NCBI GenBank assembly: GCA_913050245.1
Contig: CAJWZJ010000002.1
Coordinates: 27,011-91,010, forward strand
Length of the DNA stretch: 64,000 bases
Direction: 5' to 3'
DNA from: an uncultured bacterium
Lineage (GTDB): Bacteria > Desulfobacterota_D > UBA1144
The translations under genes and the position numbers were made by a program. Below, piece by piece: positions 1-9,124 of the stretch (positions within the stretch are counted from its first letter, which is position 1; each line of letters begins with the position of its first letter). Under the pieces are notes generated by a model. That model was not told the origin of the DNA, searched no databases, and saw only the letters and a program-made list of their open reading frames with translations.

Positions 1-730
1 GTTCTTTATTATTTAATAAAATATCAATTTCATTTAATGTTTTTTCAACATTATATCCGCAAGGCATAATAAACATATAGTTTGGAGCAAATTCTAGAAT
101 TTTATTAAATTCTAATTTTTCTGATTTTATCCCAGGATTATTATTGATACTCGTTCCACCAGAAAATTGAATCATTTCTGGAACCCAGTGACCTGCAGAA
201 TATACAGGATCAATCCATTCCATCGCAAAAACTCGAGGTTTATCTATAATTTTGTTTGTTTTATTTGAAATTAATTCAAGTTCGTTTATAAATTCTTTCT
301 TAATTTCTTCTCCTTTTTTACTAATATCTAATTTTTTTGCAAGCGACAAAATTGCTTCAGGTATATCGACAAGGGTTTTTGGTGAAAAATCAATTATTTT
401 ATCGCCGAAATTAATGATTTTAATATCATTTTTTGAAGCGGCACATACTTCGCAAGTATCTTGCAAAATTATAAAATCAGGGTCAAGTGCTCTAATTGAT
501 TCTTCATCAATAACATATGGGGATGTTCCACTTTGAATCAAATTTGAAATTTCTTCATCAATTTGAATGTTAGTCTTATCACTTAAATCTAACCTAACCC
601 TAGAGACTACTTTTTTATTTTCAATCTCAATTGGAAAATTACATTCTTCAGAAATACCAACTATATTTTTTGATAAACCTAAATCACATAAGACTTCAGT
701 TGCAGCAGGAAGCAAAGATACAATTCTCAT
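1..730 (-). CDS. BtuF-like class III periplasmic-binding-protein-fold protein (cobalamin/siderophore-type ABC substrate-binding family); C-terminus lies beyond the window start
   Basis: Absent from the ORF track because it runs off the edge. Hand translation from ATG 730..728 gives MRIVSLLPAATEVLCDLGLSKNIVGISEECNFP...KPRVFAMEWIDPVYSAGHWVPEMIQFSGG. I checked every in-frame triplet down to position 2 and found no stop. The family call rests on recalled motif pattern and the position behind the B12-riboswitch unit. Confidence 0.55.
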   Translation of the reverse strand, partial: MRIVSLLPAATEVLCDLGLSKNIVGISEECNFPIEIENKKVVSRVRLDLSDKTNIQIDEEISNLIQSGTSPYVIDEESIRALDPDFIILQDTCEVCAASKNDIKIINFGDKIIDFSPKTLVDIPEAILSLAKKLDISKKGEEIKKEFINELELISNKTNKIIDKPRVFAMEWIDPVYSAGHWVPEMIQFSGGTSINNNPGIKSEKLEFNKILEFAPNYMFIMPCGYNVEKTLNEIDILLNNKE

Positions 731-752
731 AAAATAAATTTATCAGATTATT

Positions 753-782
753 AAGAAAAAGGGAGCTCTATTTCTAGAGCTC
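753..782 (-). terminator. Rho-independent terminator after the btuB/small-ORF unit
   Basis: Read on the minus strand: GAGCTCTA-GAAA-TAGAGCTC, a perfect 8-bp stem (763..770 with 775..782), followed by CCTTTTTCTT. Confidence 0.7.
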
Positions 783-823
783 GATATTTATATACTTTTT
801 ATACCAGAATTAATCAATGAGTT

Positions 824-982
824 TTAAGAATTCATATCTAGAATATTAGATATTGTCCAAGCTGTCGATGCAGTTAATTGAAGATAATCCCCAAAACCGT
901 TAAGCCCATAAAAAAAAGTAGATACCATCCATGATAAGCTAGCAACTAATTGTAAAATTTTACTTATATTAATTTTTTTCAT
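824..982 (-). CDS. Unannotated 52-aa hydrophobic small protein, apparently co-transcribed with btuB
   Basis: Hand translation: MKKINISKILQLVASLSWMVSTFFYGLNGFGDYLQLTASTAWTISNILDMNS*. ATG 982..980 is preceded by GGAGAGG 5 nt upstream. It starts 24 nt after the btuB stop and is followed by the strong terminator. It is below the ORF-track size cutoff. Confidence 0.45.
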   Translation of the reverse strand: MKKINISKILQLVASLSWMVSTFFYGLNGFGDYLQLTASTAWTISNILDMNS

Positions 983-1006
983 TAGGCCTCTCCTGAATAG
1001 TTTAAA

Positions 1007-2968
1007 CTAATTAGTTGTTTCATATCTATAACCAAACATAATTGTTCTGCCTGGAGAAATGAAGTTTAGAATCTCTTCTCTTTTATCATTAAATAAGTTT
1101 GTAACACTAATAAATACTTTACTTTGATTTGAACTGTTTTTATCAATTAAATAATCACAATAAGTTCCAAAGTCCCAGAAAGAATCATTATATAACCTTG
1201 TAGATGAATTTTGATAATCCCATCTACCACCAGTATAAGTTGTATCTATTGAGACAAATAGATTATTATGTTTTTTACTTAATATTGCACCGCCAGAAGT
1301 TTTAGGTCTTCTTAAAAGTACCTCATCATCCTGCCAATTAGCGTAGTTCCAAGAGTTTTGCTGAACAGTATTATTAACGTTTACTGCTTTAGTTTCTAAA
1401 TACGTCAGCCAATATTTAAAAGATAATTCCTCTGGAAATTTGATCAATCCTGCAATTTCTAATCCTTGAGATTGAGCCTCATCTAAATTTCTGTAACTTG
1501 GACTCCCACTACTTCTATATGCAATCATATTATCTGTTTCACTTTTAAACGCAGTAAACGAAAGTGCATATAAATTGTTTTCAAAATCTACTCCGACTTC
1601 ATACGATTTACTTTTTTCAGCTTCTAATCCAGATGCACTATATGTTTCATATATCCCTGGATATTTAATGCCCTCACTATAGCCTCCTCTAATCTTCGTA
1701 TTTGTATTAATATATTTTGATATAAAAATAGTAGGACTACTTGTTGAGCCATGATATTCATGATCATCATTTCTTATGGCAAAATCCATAAATAGTGACT
1801 CATTAAAATTTATAGAAGTCATTAAATAAATTGAATCTATATATGTATTGTGATCGTAATCAGTTGCAAATGAACTGGCATTTTCATGATAGTTGCTTGT
1901 TTCGTCTAGATACTCATATCCAACTTTCGTATTAATAGAAGCAGAGCCTAAGAGCAAGTTATTTAATTCATAATAATAATTATAAGTCTTTTTCTTTTCC
2001 CACCAATCTACATTTCCACTACCGGCATCTCTAGTTGCTCTTTTATTAAAGAAGTATGAAAAATCAAAACCGATTTTATTATTTTCATAAAATTCATAGT
2101 TTGTTGATATTGATCTAGAGTTTAGATGTCTCCAATCTCTTTGAGTACCAGAAGTAGAGCTATAAGCACCTACGGAGCCACTACTATTGGTTGGATATCT
2201 TACTGTGGCCCATCTATCCGATACCATAGTTTGAATGAAAAGCTTTTCATCAAGCGCAGATATATTTATACCTGCATCTAATGATTTGTTATTATAAGAA
2301 TCATTAAAAATTCTGAATCCATCATCATCAACACGTTCAAAGGATAGAGTATATCCAACATTTATATCATTTTGATTACCATTAATAGGTCCACTGAATG
2401 AAATTGATTGTTCATTTACTAAAAACAACCCACCATCTGTTTGTCCTGTATCATCTTCTTTGAAACTTTGATTAAATCCAAAAGAGGTGCTAAAGGAAAT
2501 CTCACTTTTATCCGTTGGTTTTTTTGTATTTATAATTATTACTGATCCTATTGCTGATGAGCCAAAGAAGCCAGCCATAGGACCTCTAAGAACCTCTATA
2601 GATTCTATATTATTTATAGGTAAAAATTCAAAATTAAATGAACCACCAACGTCATTTTGCTTAACTCCATTGACTATAACAAGATTGTGATCAGATTCGT
2701 TACCACGTGAAAAAATACTTATCAAACCACCTCTTCCTCCAGACTGTTTAACTGATAGACCCGGAACTAATTTAAGCAGATCTCCTACACTCTGTGCGCC
2801 AGATGTTTTAATTTCATATTCTGTTATTACTGTTGTTGACCCACCAAATTTCTGGGTTTTTATTGTTGTATTCCCTATAGTTTTTGGAGCTTTTATTTCA
2901 ATATCTTCAGAATTAGATACATTGATAATAAAAAATAAAAAAAATAAAACCTTAAAAAAAATGTTCAT
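1007..2968 (-). CDS. btuB: TonB-dependent outer-membrane receptor, cobalamin/corrinoid type inferred from the upstream riboswitch
   Basis: Signal peptide (MNIFFKVLFFLFFIINVSNS) and a plug domain (GAQSVGDLLKLVPGLSV...IESIEVLRGP), then a long beta-barrel rich in Y/N/S/G. A cobalamin riboswitch sits in the 5' leader. Confidence 0.85.
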   Translation of the reverse strand: MNIFFKVLFFLFFIINVSNSEDIEIKAPKTIGNTTIKTQKFGGSTTVITEYEIKTSGAQSVGDLLKLVPGLSVKQSGGRGGLISIFSRGNESDHNLVIVNGVKQNDVGGSFNFEFLPINNIESIEVLRGPMAGFFGSSAIGSVIIINTKKPTDKSEISFSTSFGFNQSFKEDDTGQTDGGLFLVNEQSISFSGPINGNQNDINVGYTLSFERVDDDGFRIFNDSYNNKSLDAGINISALDEKLFIQTMVSDRWATVRYPTNSSGSVGAYSSTSGTQRDWRHLNSRSISTNYEFYENNKIGFDFSYFFNKRATRDAGSGNVDWWEKKKTYNYYYELNNLLLGSASINTKVGYEYLDETSNYHENASSFATDYDHNTYIDSIYLMTSINFNESLFMDFAIRNDDHEYHGSTSSPTIFISKYINTNTKIRGGYSEGIKYPGIYETYSASGLEAEKSKSYEVGVDFENNLYALSFTAFKSETDNMIAYRSSGSPSYRNLDEAQSQGLEIAGLIKFPEELSFKYWLTYLETKAVNVNNTVQQNSWNYANWQDDEVLLRRPKTSGGAILSKKHNNLFVSIDTTYTGGRWDYQNSSTRLYNDSFWDFGTYCDYLIDKNSSNQSKVFISVTNLFNDKREEILNFISPGRTIMFGYRYETTN

Positions 2969-3064
2969 AGTAACTCTCCTTTAAGCTACTCCGAACGATT
3001 AAATAAAAAAACTTTTTGATATAAAAAAGTATCTTTCCTTTAACCACGAAGAAAAATAATTATT

Positions 3065-3220
3065 TTTAATGGCAGGTCTTCTGACTTAAGGCCTTCATCT
3101 GCACCTTCCCGTTATTTAAACAGTGGATTATTGCAAAGAAGTTTTTAAATGCCTATTACAGCAGCGGGTCTGTGACGGACTTACACCGTACTTCCCTATT
3201 AAACTCTTGCGAGTACCATG
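3065..3220 (-). promoter_or_regulatory. Cobalamin (B12) riboswitch in the btuB leader
   Basis: Minus-strand reading: ...AATAGGGAAGTACGGTGTAAGTCCGTCACAGACCCGCTGCTGTAATAGG...AATCCACTG...ACGGGAAGGTGCAGATGAAGGCCTTAAGTCAGAAGACCTGCC. The B12 box AGTCAGAAGACCTGCC lies at 3086..3071. This is a GC-rich island in an AT-rich gap. Confidence 0.88.
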
Positions 3221-3225
3221 AATGA

Positions 3226-3254
3226 ATTATCTATGTAAACTTATTTTATGTCAA
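3226..3254 (-). promoter_or_regulatory. Candidate sigma-70 promoter for riboswitch-btuB
   Basis: On the minus strand: TTGACA (3254..3249), a 17-nt spacer, then GATAAT (3231..3226). The -35 hexamer overlaps the cofD ATG (3248..3250) on the other strand. Confidence 0.5.
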
Positions 3255-4177
3255 ACAAGAAAACTATAACTACTTTTGGAGGAGGCGTAGGTGCAGGAAA
3301 GTTTTTAAGAGGACTTTATAATTTTAATAAAGAGTTTGATTTAAGATTTATTGTTAATACCTCTGATGATATTGATATATATGATGTTAGAGTAAGTCCT
3401 GATATTGATTCTGTTCTTTATTGGATTTCAGGAATAGTCGATAAAGAAAGAGGTTGGGGATTAAAAAATGATAACTTTGAAATGGTTAATAGTAATAAAT
3501 CATATTGGTTTAATTTAGGGGATAAAGATTTAGAATATAATAAATTAAAGAAAAAATTGCTTGATCAAGGTCTTAAGTTAAATGAATTTATAAAAATAAA
3601 AATGGACCAATTAGAAATAAATAATATTTCCATTTTCCCAATGACAAACGATAAGGTAGAAACCTATTTGAATTTAGATATAGGTGATGCTCATATACAA
3701 GAATTTTTGATAAAATATAAAATGAAACCAAAAATTAATGATATCAAATTTAGGGGTATTCAGGATGCAAAACCGTTATCGGAAGTTCTTTCTTCAATTG
3801 AATCTAGCGATATGATAATTTTTTGTCCTAGCAATCCGTTTATTAGTATTGATCCAATAATAAATTTGCAAGGGGTTAGAGATCAAATAGAAAAGTCTAA
3901 AGCAATAAAAATAGCTATTTCACCAATTGTGAATGGTATAGCTTTTCAGGGACCAATATTAAAATTTTTTGAATTAAATAGCTTGCCTCCATCTGTTGAA
4001 GGAGTTGCAGAATATTATAAAAATTTAGCCCAATATATTGTTATTGATAAAAGTGATTATGACTATAAGGGTAAAATAGAAAAAATTGGACTACTTCCAG
4101 TTTTTGATAATATCAAAATGGTAAATGATAATGTATCAATTAATCTTGCAACAACCATTACAAAAATATTATATTAA
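3248..4177 (+). CDS. cofD: 2-phospho-L-lactate (LPPG):FO transferase, F420 biosynthesis
   Basis: N-terminal FGGGVGAGKFLRGL and CPSNPFISIDPI motifs typical of CofD/FbiA. It is first in a cofD-E-G-H run. Confidence 0.8.
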   Translation: MSNKKTITTFGGGVGAGKFLRGLYNFNKEFDLRFIVNTSDDIDIYDVRVSPDIDSVLYWISGIVDKERGWGLKNDNFEMVNSNKSYWFNLGDKDLEYNKLKKKLLDQGLKLNEFIKIKMDQLEINNISIFPMTNDKVETYLNLDIGDAHIQEFLIKYKMKPKINDIKFRGIQDAKPLSEVLSSIESSDMIIFCPSNPFISIDPIINLQGVRDQIEKSKAIKIAISPIVNGIAFQGPILKFFELNSLPPSVEGVAEYYKNLAQYIVIDKSDYDYKGKIEKIGLLPVFDNIKMVNDNVSINLATTITKILY

Positions 4178-4180
4178 ATC

Positions 4181-4927
4181 ATGGGAAAATTAGAATTAAT
4201 ACCTTTAGTAAAACTTCCAATTGTATGGAAAGGATGTGATATTGGAGATTTATTAATTAAATCAATGGAAAACAATAAATTTAATTTAAGAAAAAATGAT
4301 TTAATCGTTATTGCTCATAAGATAGTCTCTATATCTGAAGGAAGAATTGTTAAGCTTTCAGATGTTAAAATTTCATCTAAAGCAAAAAAAATATCAAAAA
4401 AAACAAATAAATCAGCTGAGATTATTCAATTGATTATTAATGAATCCGATAAAATTCTTAAAGTTGAGAAAGATTTTATACTTACAAAAGATAAGAATGG
4501 TATAGTTGCTGCGAATGCAGGTGTAGACCAGTCTAATCTTAAGGATAGAAATCAAGCCTTGTTACTCCCTAAAAATCCTGATAAATCTGCAAAAGAAATA
4601 TCAATGAAATTAAGTAAAAAATTTAAGAAATTAATACCTGTAATCATATCTGATAGTGTTGGCAGGCCTTGGAGAAATGGATTAACTCAAATAGCTATTG
4701 GAAGTTACGGGCTCAAGGCTTTGGTTAAATATAGCAAAGATTTTCATGGAAACGAGCTCTTTGATACTGATGTTCCCGTATCAGATGAGCTTTCATCAGC
4801 TGCTGGACTTTTAATGATCAAAGACAAAGGTATTCCAGTAGTAATCATAAGGGGGTATAATTATATTTCTAATAAGAGGGGAGCAAAAGGCTTAATTAGG
4901 CCTGATAATGAAAATGTCTTTATTTGA
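4181..4927 (+). CDS. cofE: F420-0:gamma-glutamyl ligase (short form, no FbiB-type C-terminal domain)
   Basis: 248 aa with AHKIVSISEGR, NAGVDQSN and SDSVGRPWRNG motifs. It starts 3 nt after cofD. Confidence 0.8.
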   Translation: MGKLELIPLVKLPIVWKGCDIGDLLIKSMENNKFNLRKNDLIVIAHKIVSISEGRIVKLSDVKISSKAKKISKKTNKSAEIIQLIINESDKILKVEKDFILTKDKNGIVAANAGVDQSNLKDRNQALLLPKNPDKSAKEISMKLSKKFKKLIPVIISDSVGRPWRNGLTQIAIGSYGLKALVKYSKDFHGNELFDTDVPVSDELSSAAGLLMIKDKGIPVVIIRGYNYISNKRGAKGLIRPDNENVFI

Positions 4928-6170
4928 AATTTATAATGATTTTGCAAATGATAAAAATATTTCTGATCTTTTAAGATCTCATTCAATTCCTTTAACTAAA
5001 TTTGAATCAATAGATAAAGAATATTTACGAATTCTTGATAGCTACTTGGAAAGCCGAGAAATATCAAGAAATGATATAATGGTGCTAACTTCAATGCCAA
5101 TACAGAATGTTTCTATATTAATGTCTGTTGCTAATTACATTAGAGAGACATCCAAGGGTAATCTCATAAGTTTTTCTAAAAACGTTTTTATTCCTTTAAC
5201 CCAACTGTGTAGAGATCAATGCTCATATTGTACTTTTAAATATGAACCTGGTGAAGGCCCATTACTTGTTACACCAGATGAAGTATTAAAATCTGCAAAA
5301 AAGGCCGTTGAGCTTGGATGCACTGAGCTACTATTTGTTTCTGGCGATAAGCCCGAAAAGAAATATGAGGTTTATCGTGACAAATTAAAATCTATGGGCT
5401 ATTCATCAACAGCTGATTATATGATCTCTATGAGTGAAATTTGCTTAGAAGAAAATATTTTTCCGCATTCTAATTTAGGTATAGCAAACCAAGATGAATT
5501 AATGAGATTTAGAAATTCCAATCCAAGCATGGGCCTGATGCTAGAAAATATAAGTGAACGATTGATGGATCCCGGAATGGCACATTACAGATGTCCAGAT
5601 AAATATCCCAAAGCAAGAATCAAAACCATATGCTCTGCAGGCGAGCTAAATATACCTTGGACTTCAGGAATATTAATAGGTATTGGTGAGAACTGGGATG
5701 AAAGAGTCGATTCTATACTTGAACTAAATAGGATAAATAATCTTTATGGACATATTCAAGAAATAATTATTCAGAATTTTAATCCTAAGCCCGGTATTAA
5801 AATGGAAGGCCAACCAGCGCCAACAGATTTGGATATGATTAAGACAGTTTCTATATCAAGATTGATTATGTCAAAAAATGTCAATATTCAAGTACCACCA
5901 AATTTAAATTCTAAAACTTATATGCTTCATGTTTTTTCGGGAGTTAATGATCTTGGAGGAGTTTCACCTATTACTATTGACTATGTAAACCCTGAGTCTC
6001 CTTGGCCTCAGATAGATCTAATGAAGACAACTATCTCAGAATTTGGTTTTAATTTAAGGGAAAGACTTCCTGTCTATCCTGAATATCTTTCAAGTGAGTA
6101 TATCGAAAATCATATTTATGAAAGAGCAAAAAAATTTATTGATAATTCTGGGTTTGTCACGGAGAGTTAA
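4908..6170 (+). CDS. cofG: FO synthase subunit 1 (radical SAM)
   Basis: ISFSKNVFIPLTQLCRDQCSYCTF radical-SAM CxxxCxxC cluster and CofG-like context. It overlaps cofE by 20 nt, with an alternative ATG at 4914. The region before the Cys cluster looks longer than I recall for archaeal CofG. Confidence 0.8.
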   Translation: MKMSLFEIYNDFANDKNISDLLRSHSIPLTKFESIDKEYLRILDSYLESREISRNDIMVLTSMPIQNVSILMSVANYIRETSKGNLISFSKNVFIPLTQLCRDQCSYCTFKYEPGEGPLLVTPDEVLKSAKKAVELGCTELLFVSGDKPEKKYEVYRDKLKSMGYSSTADYMISMSEICLEENIFPHSNLGIANQDELMRFRNSNPSMGLMLENISERLMDPGMAHYRCPDKYPKARIKTICSAGELNIPWTSGILIGIGENWDERVDSILELNRINNLYGHIQEIIIQNFNPKPGIKMEGQPAPTDLDMIKTVSISRLIMSKNVNIQVPPNLNSKTYMLHVFSGVNDLGGVSPITIDYVNPESPWPQIDLMKTTISEFGFNLRERLPVYPEYLSSEYIENHIYERAKKFIDNSGFVTES

Positions 6171-6178
6171 TTTAGATT

Positions 6179-7366
6179 ATGGATAGTGAATTAAAAGACA
6201 TAATAAATAAAATTGAAGATAATAGGACCAAAGGACTTGATTCTACTATGTTAAAGTCTTCATCTGACATTTCGAAAATTATTGAAAAACCTTTTATAAA
6301 CCAAGAGATTACCGAGGAAGAGGCTGAAAAATTATTTTTAATTGATAATATTGATGAGTTGTCATCATTGGTTATTGCAGCAGATAAAGCGCGTAAAGAG
6401 GACATTGGAGATGATGTTACTTATGTTGTAAATAGAAATATAAACTTCACTAACATCTGTAATACATATTGTGGATTTTGTAATTTTATGGCTCCAGAGG
6501 GTGATCCTAGAGCTTACTTTCTGACAATGGATGAGATAAAAGAAAAAGTTCATGAAGCAAGAGAAAATGGCGCAACAGAAGTTTGTATGCAAGGTGGCAT
6601 GCATCCTGATATTGATGGAAATTTCTATGTTGAGATCATAAAAAGTGTCAAAGAAGCTGTACCAGATATGCATACTCATTGTTTCTCCCCTTTTGAGGTT
6701 CACTACGGAGCTGGCACACTTAATATTCCTATCAGAGATTTTGTGTCAATGCTTAAAGATGTTGGGCATGGAACGTTTCCTGGAACAGCAGCTGAAATTT
6801 TAAGTGAAGATGTAAGGAAGATAATTGCACCTGGCAAAATCACGACAGATCAATGGGTAGATACAATTAAGGAAATTCATCGAGCTGGAATGAAGACAAC
6901 CTCAACAATAATGTATGGTCATGTTGATAAACCTTTTCACTGGGCCAGGCACTTTGAGGTGATAAGGCAAATTCAAAAAGAAACAAATGGAATTACAGAA
7001 TTTGTTCCATTGAGATTTATACCATGGGATACTAGATTATTTAAGAAAGGTATTTCCAGAGAGGGCCCAACAGACTTAGATCAGTTAAAAATGTATGCAG
7101 TATCAAGACTATTTTTTAGAGGTATTATTAAAAATATTCAAGTTTCATGGGTGAAGCAAGGTCCTGAATTTGCACAATATTGTCTTACTGCTGGGGCTAA
7201 TGACTTTGGTGGAACACTTATGGAAGAAAAAATAACCACAGCGGCCGGTGGTAAATATGGCCAATATTTTCCTCCTGAAGAATTTAGAAGATTAACCTTT
7301 GAAATAAACAGAAGACCTATAGAAAGATCAACCTCATATGACTATTTGAAAGTATTTGAAAATTAA
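6179..7366 (+). CDS. cofH: FO synthase subunit 2 (radical SAM)
   Basis: VTYVVNRNINFTNICNTYCGFCNF, the hallmark CofH N-terminal radical-SAM motif, in a 395-aa protein. Confidence 0.82.
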   Translation: MDSELKDIINKIEDNRTKGLDSTMLKSSSDISKIIEKPFINQEITEEEAEKLFLIDNIDELSSLVIAADKARKEDIGDDVTYVVNRNINFTNICNTYCGFCNFMAPEGDPRAYFLTMDEIKEKVHEARENGATEVCMQGGMHPDIDGNFYVEIIKSVKEAVPDMHTHCFSPFEVHYGAGTLNIPIRDFVSMLKDVGHGTFPGTAAEILSEDVRKIIAPGKITTDQWVDTIKEIHRAGMKTTSTIMYGHVDKPFHWARHFEVIRQIQKETNGITEFVPLRFIPWDTRLFKKGISREGPTDLDQLKMYAVSRLFFRGIIKNIQVSWVKQGPEFAQYCLTAGANDFGGTLMEEKITTAAGGKYGQYFPPEEFRRLTFEINRRPIERSTSYDYLKVFEN

Positions 7367-7388
7367 TCATATAGTTTATTCTTTTTAA

Positions 7389-8024
7389 ATGAATTTATTC
7401 AGTAAAATAAATCGGGACATTAATGCGGTTTTTGATAGAGACCCAGCAGCAAGGAATATTTTTGAGGTCTTTTTAACTTATCCTGGTTTTCATGCAATTA
7501 TGTGGCATCGAATATCTCACCTATTGTGGAATATAAAGTTAAAGCTTATTGCAAGACTAATTTCAAACATTCTTAGAACTTTAACTGGGATTGAGATTCA
7601 TCCTGGTGCCAAAATAAAAAGTGGTTTTTTTATTGATCATGGAATGGGTGTCGTTATTGGTGAAACAACAGAGATTGGGCAGAATGTAACAATATATCAG
7701 GGTGTTACTTTAGGTGGTATTAGTTCAAATAAAGGTAAAAGACACCCAACGATTTCAGATAATGTAATTATTGGTGCTGGAAGTAAGATACTAGGACCAC
7801 TAAATATTGGAAAAAATACAAAAATTGGTGCCAATTCGGTAGTTATTGATAGTATCCCTGAAAATTCAACGGTTGTTGGGATTCCGGGTAGAGTCGTAAA
7901 CAAAGATTTTACATCTAATGGTCCAGATTTATATCATAATAAACTTCCTGATCCAACTGGCGAAGATATGCTAAATATTAATAAAAAAATTGATGAGCTA
8001 ATAGAGAAAATAGAGAAGCTATAA
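7389..8024 (+). CDS. cysE: Serine O-acetyltransferase (short, hexapeptide-repeat type)
   Basis: [14 protein letters not shown]...[38 protein letters not shown]. This is co-linear with Bacillus-type CysE as I recall it. Confidence 0.85.
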   Translation: MNLFSKINRDINAVFDRDPAARNIFEVFLTYPGFHAIMWHRISHLLWNIKLKLIARLISNILRTLTGIEIHPGAKIKSGFFIDHGMGVVIGETTEIGQNVTIYQGVTLGGISSNKGKRHPTISDNVIIGAGSKILGPLNIGKNTKIGANSVVIDSIPENSTVVGIPGRVVNKDFTSNGPDLYHNKLPDPTGEDMLNINKKIDELIEKIEKL

Positions 8025-9029
8025 TCCTAAATCTTCTGGGAACCCTAATAATAAATTCATATTTTGTACGGCCTGTCCCGAAGCCCCTTTGATTAGATTA
8101 TCAACAACAGATGTAATTATAAAATTTTTACTGTTTGGCAGTTTTTTCAAACCAATTATACAATTATTTGTATTCACGACATCTTTTATAGATGGAAGAT
8201 CATTGTTTAATATTTTTATAAATTTTTTATTTTTATAAAATTCTTTAAAATATTTTCTGATCTTATTCTCTGATTGGGTTACTTTAAAATTTATATAAAT
8301 ATTTGAAAGTATGCCTCTGGTTATTGGTAAAAGGTGTGGAACCATATCAATGTTTAAGCTTATTTTATAATTCTTTTTCAACAAATTTTGAATTTCTGGT
8401 GTATGTCTATGATCGCCAACATTATAAAGACTAAGGTTTTCATTAGCCTCGTTGAAAATGTGTTCAAGTTTTGAACTTTTTCCTGCTCCAGAAACACCAG
8501 ATTTCGTATCTATAATTACTTCATTATTAATAAGAGTACATATGGGAGCTAAAGCAAGAGCAATAGATGTTGCATAGCAACCAGGATTTGCGATATTTTT
8601 ATTTTTATCAAGCTCTTTGGAGTTTAATTCTGGAAGAATATATTGAAAATTTTTATAAACATTAATATCCCTATTTCCCCTATACCATTTTTTATTAAGA
8701 TTTGCAGGGAGTCTGAAATCAGCACTTAAATCAATCACCATTATATTTTTATTAAATTTATACTTTTTATAATTCTTAGATAATTCTCCATGAGGCAAAC
8801 AGCTGAATACTAAATGGATATTTTTAGTTGAAGATATTTGACTATTATGTTTAATTACCAAATCACTATAATTTTTCAAACCACTGAATAAATTTTTAGC
8901 TTTTGCTTTATTTAAACTATTTGATCCTATAAATTTTATTACTACACCTGGGTGCAAATCAAGAATTTTTAACAACTCAATACCGGTATATCCAGTTGAA
9001 CCAAGAATAGCAACATTTAGTTTGTCCAT
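8019..9029 (-). CDS. argC: N-acetyl-gamma-glutamyl-phosphate reductase
   Basis: [21 protein letters not shown]-binding N-terminus and the active-site NPGCYATS motif. Confidence 0.85.
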   Translation of the reverse strand: MDKLNVAILGSTGYTGIELLKILDLHPGVVIKFIGSNSLNKAKAKNLFSGLKNYSDLVIKHNSQISSTKNIHLVFSCLPHGELSKNYKKYKFNKNIMVIDLSADFRLPANLNKKWYRGNRDINVYKNFQYILPELNSKELDKNKNIANPGCYATSIALALAPICTLINNEVIIDTKSGVSGAGKSSKLEHIFNEANENLSLYNVGDHRHTPEIQNLLKKNYKISLNIDMVPHLLPITRGILSNIYINFKVTQSENKIRKYFKEFYKNKKFIKILNNDLPSIKDVVNTNNCIIGLKKLPNSKNFIITSVVDNLIKGASGQAVQNMNLLLGFPEDLGL

Positions 9030-9124
9030 AAATTGACAATATCACGTTATTTAAAATTCTTCAATCGTTGAAATCCAAAGTTAAAAAGGTAATATTTAAA
9101 AACTTAGTTGCTAGGAGGTTTTTT

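Noticed and set aside
252-536. 94-aa plus-strand ORF from the track
   Set aside because: It lies entirely antisense to the open, homologous BtuF-like frame (1..730, minus). Its low-complexity F/I/S-rich translation is typical of shadow ORFs in AT-rich DNA.
3248-7366. Interpreting the cof genes as FO-only synthesis for a photolyase antenna
   Set aside because: An FO-only organism needs just cofG/cofH. The presence of cofD and cofE argues for complete F420 with an oligoglutamate tail.
9068-9124. TTG-initiated 19-residue N-terminal extension of GAPDH
   Set aside because: The conserved GAPDH N-terminus (MSIRVGINGFGRIGR) begins at ATG 9125, directly behind AGGAGG. The extension has no homology and would cover the RBS.
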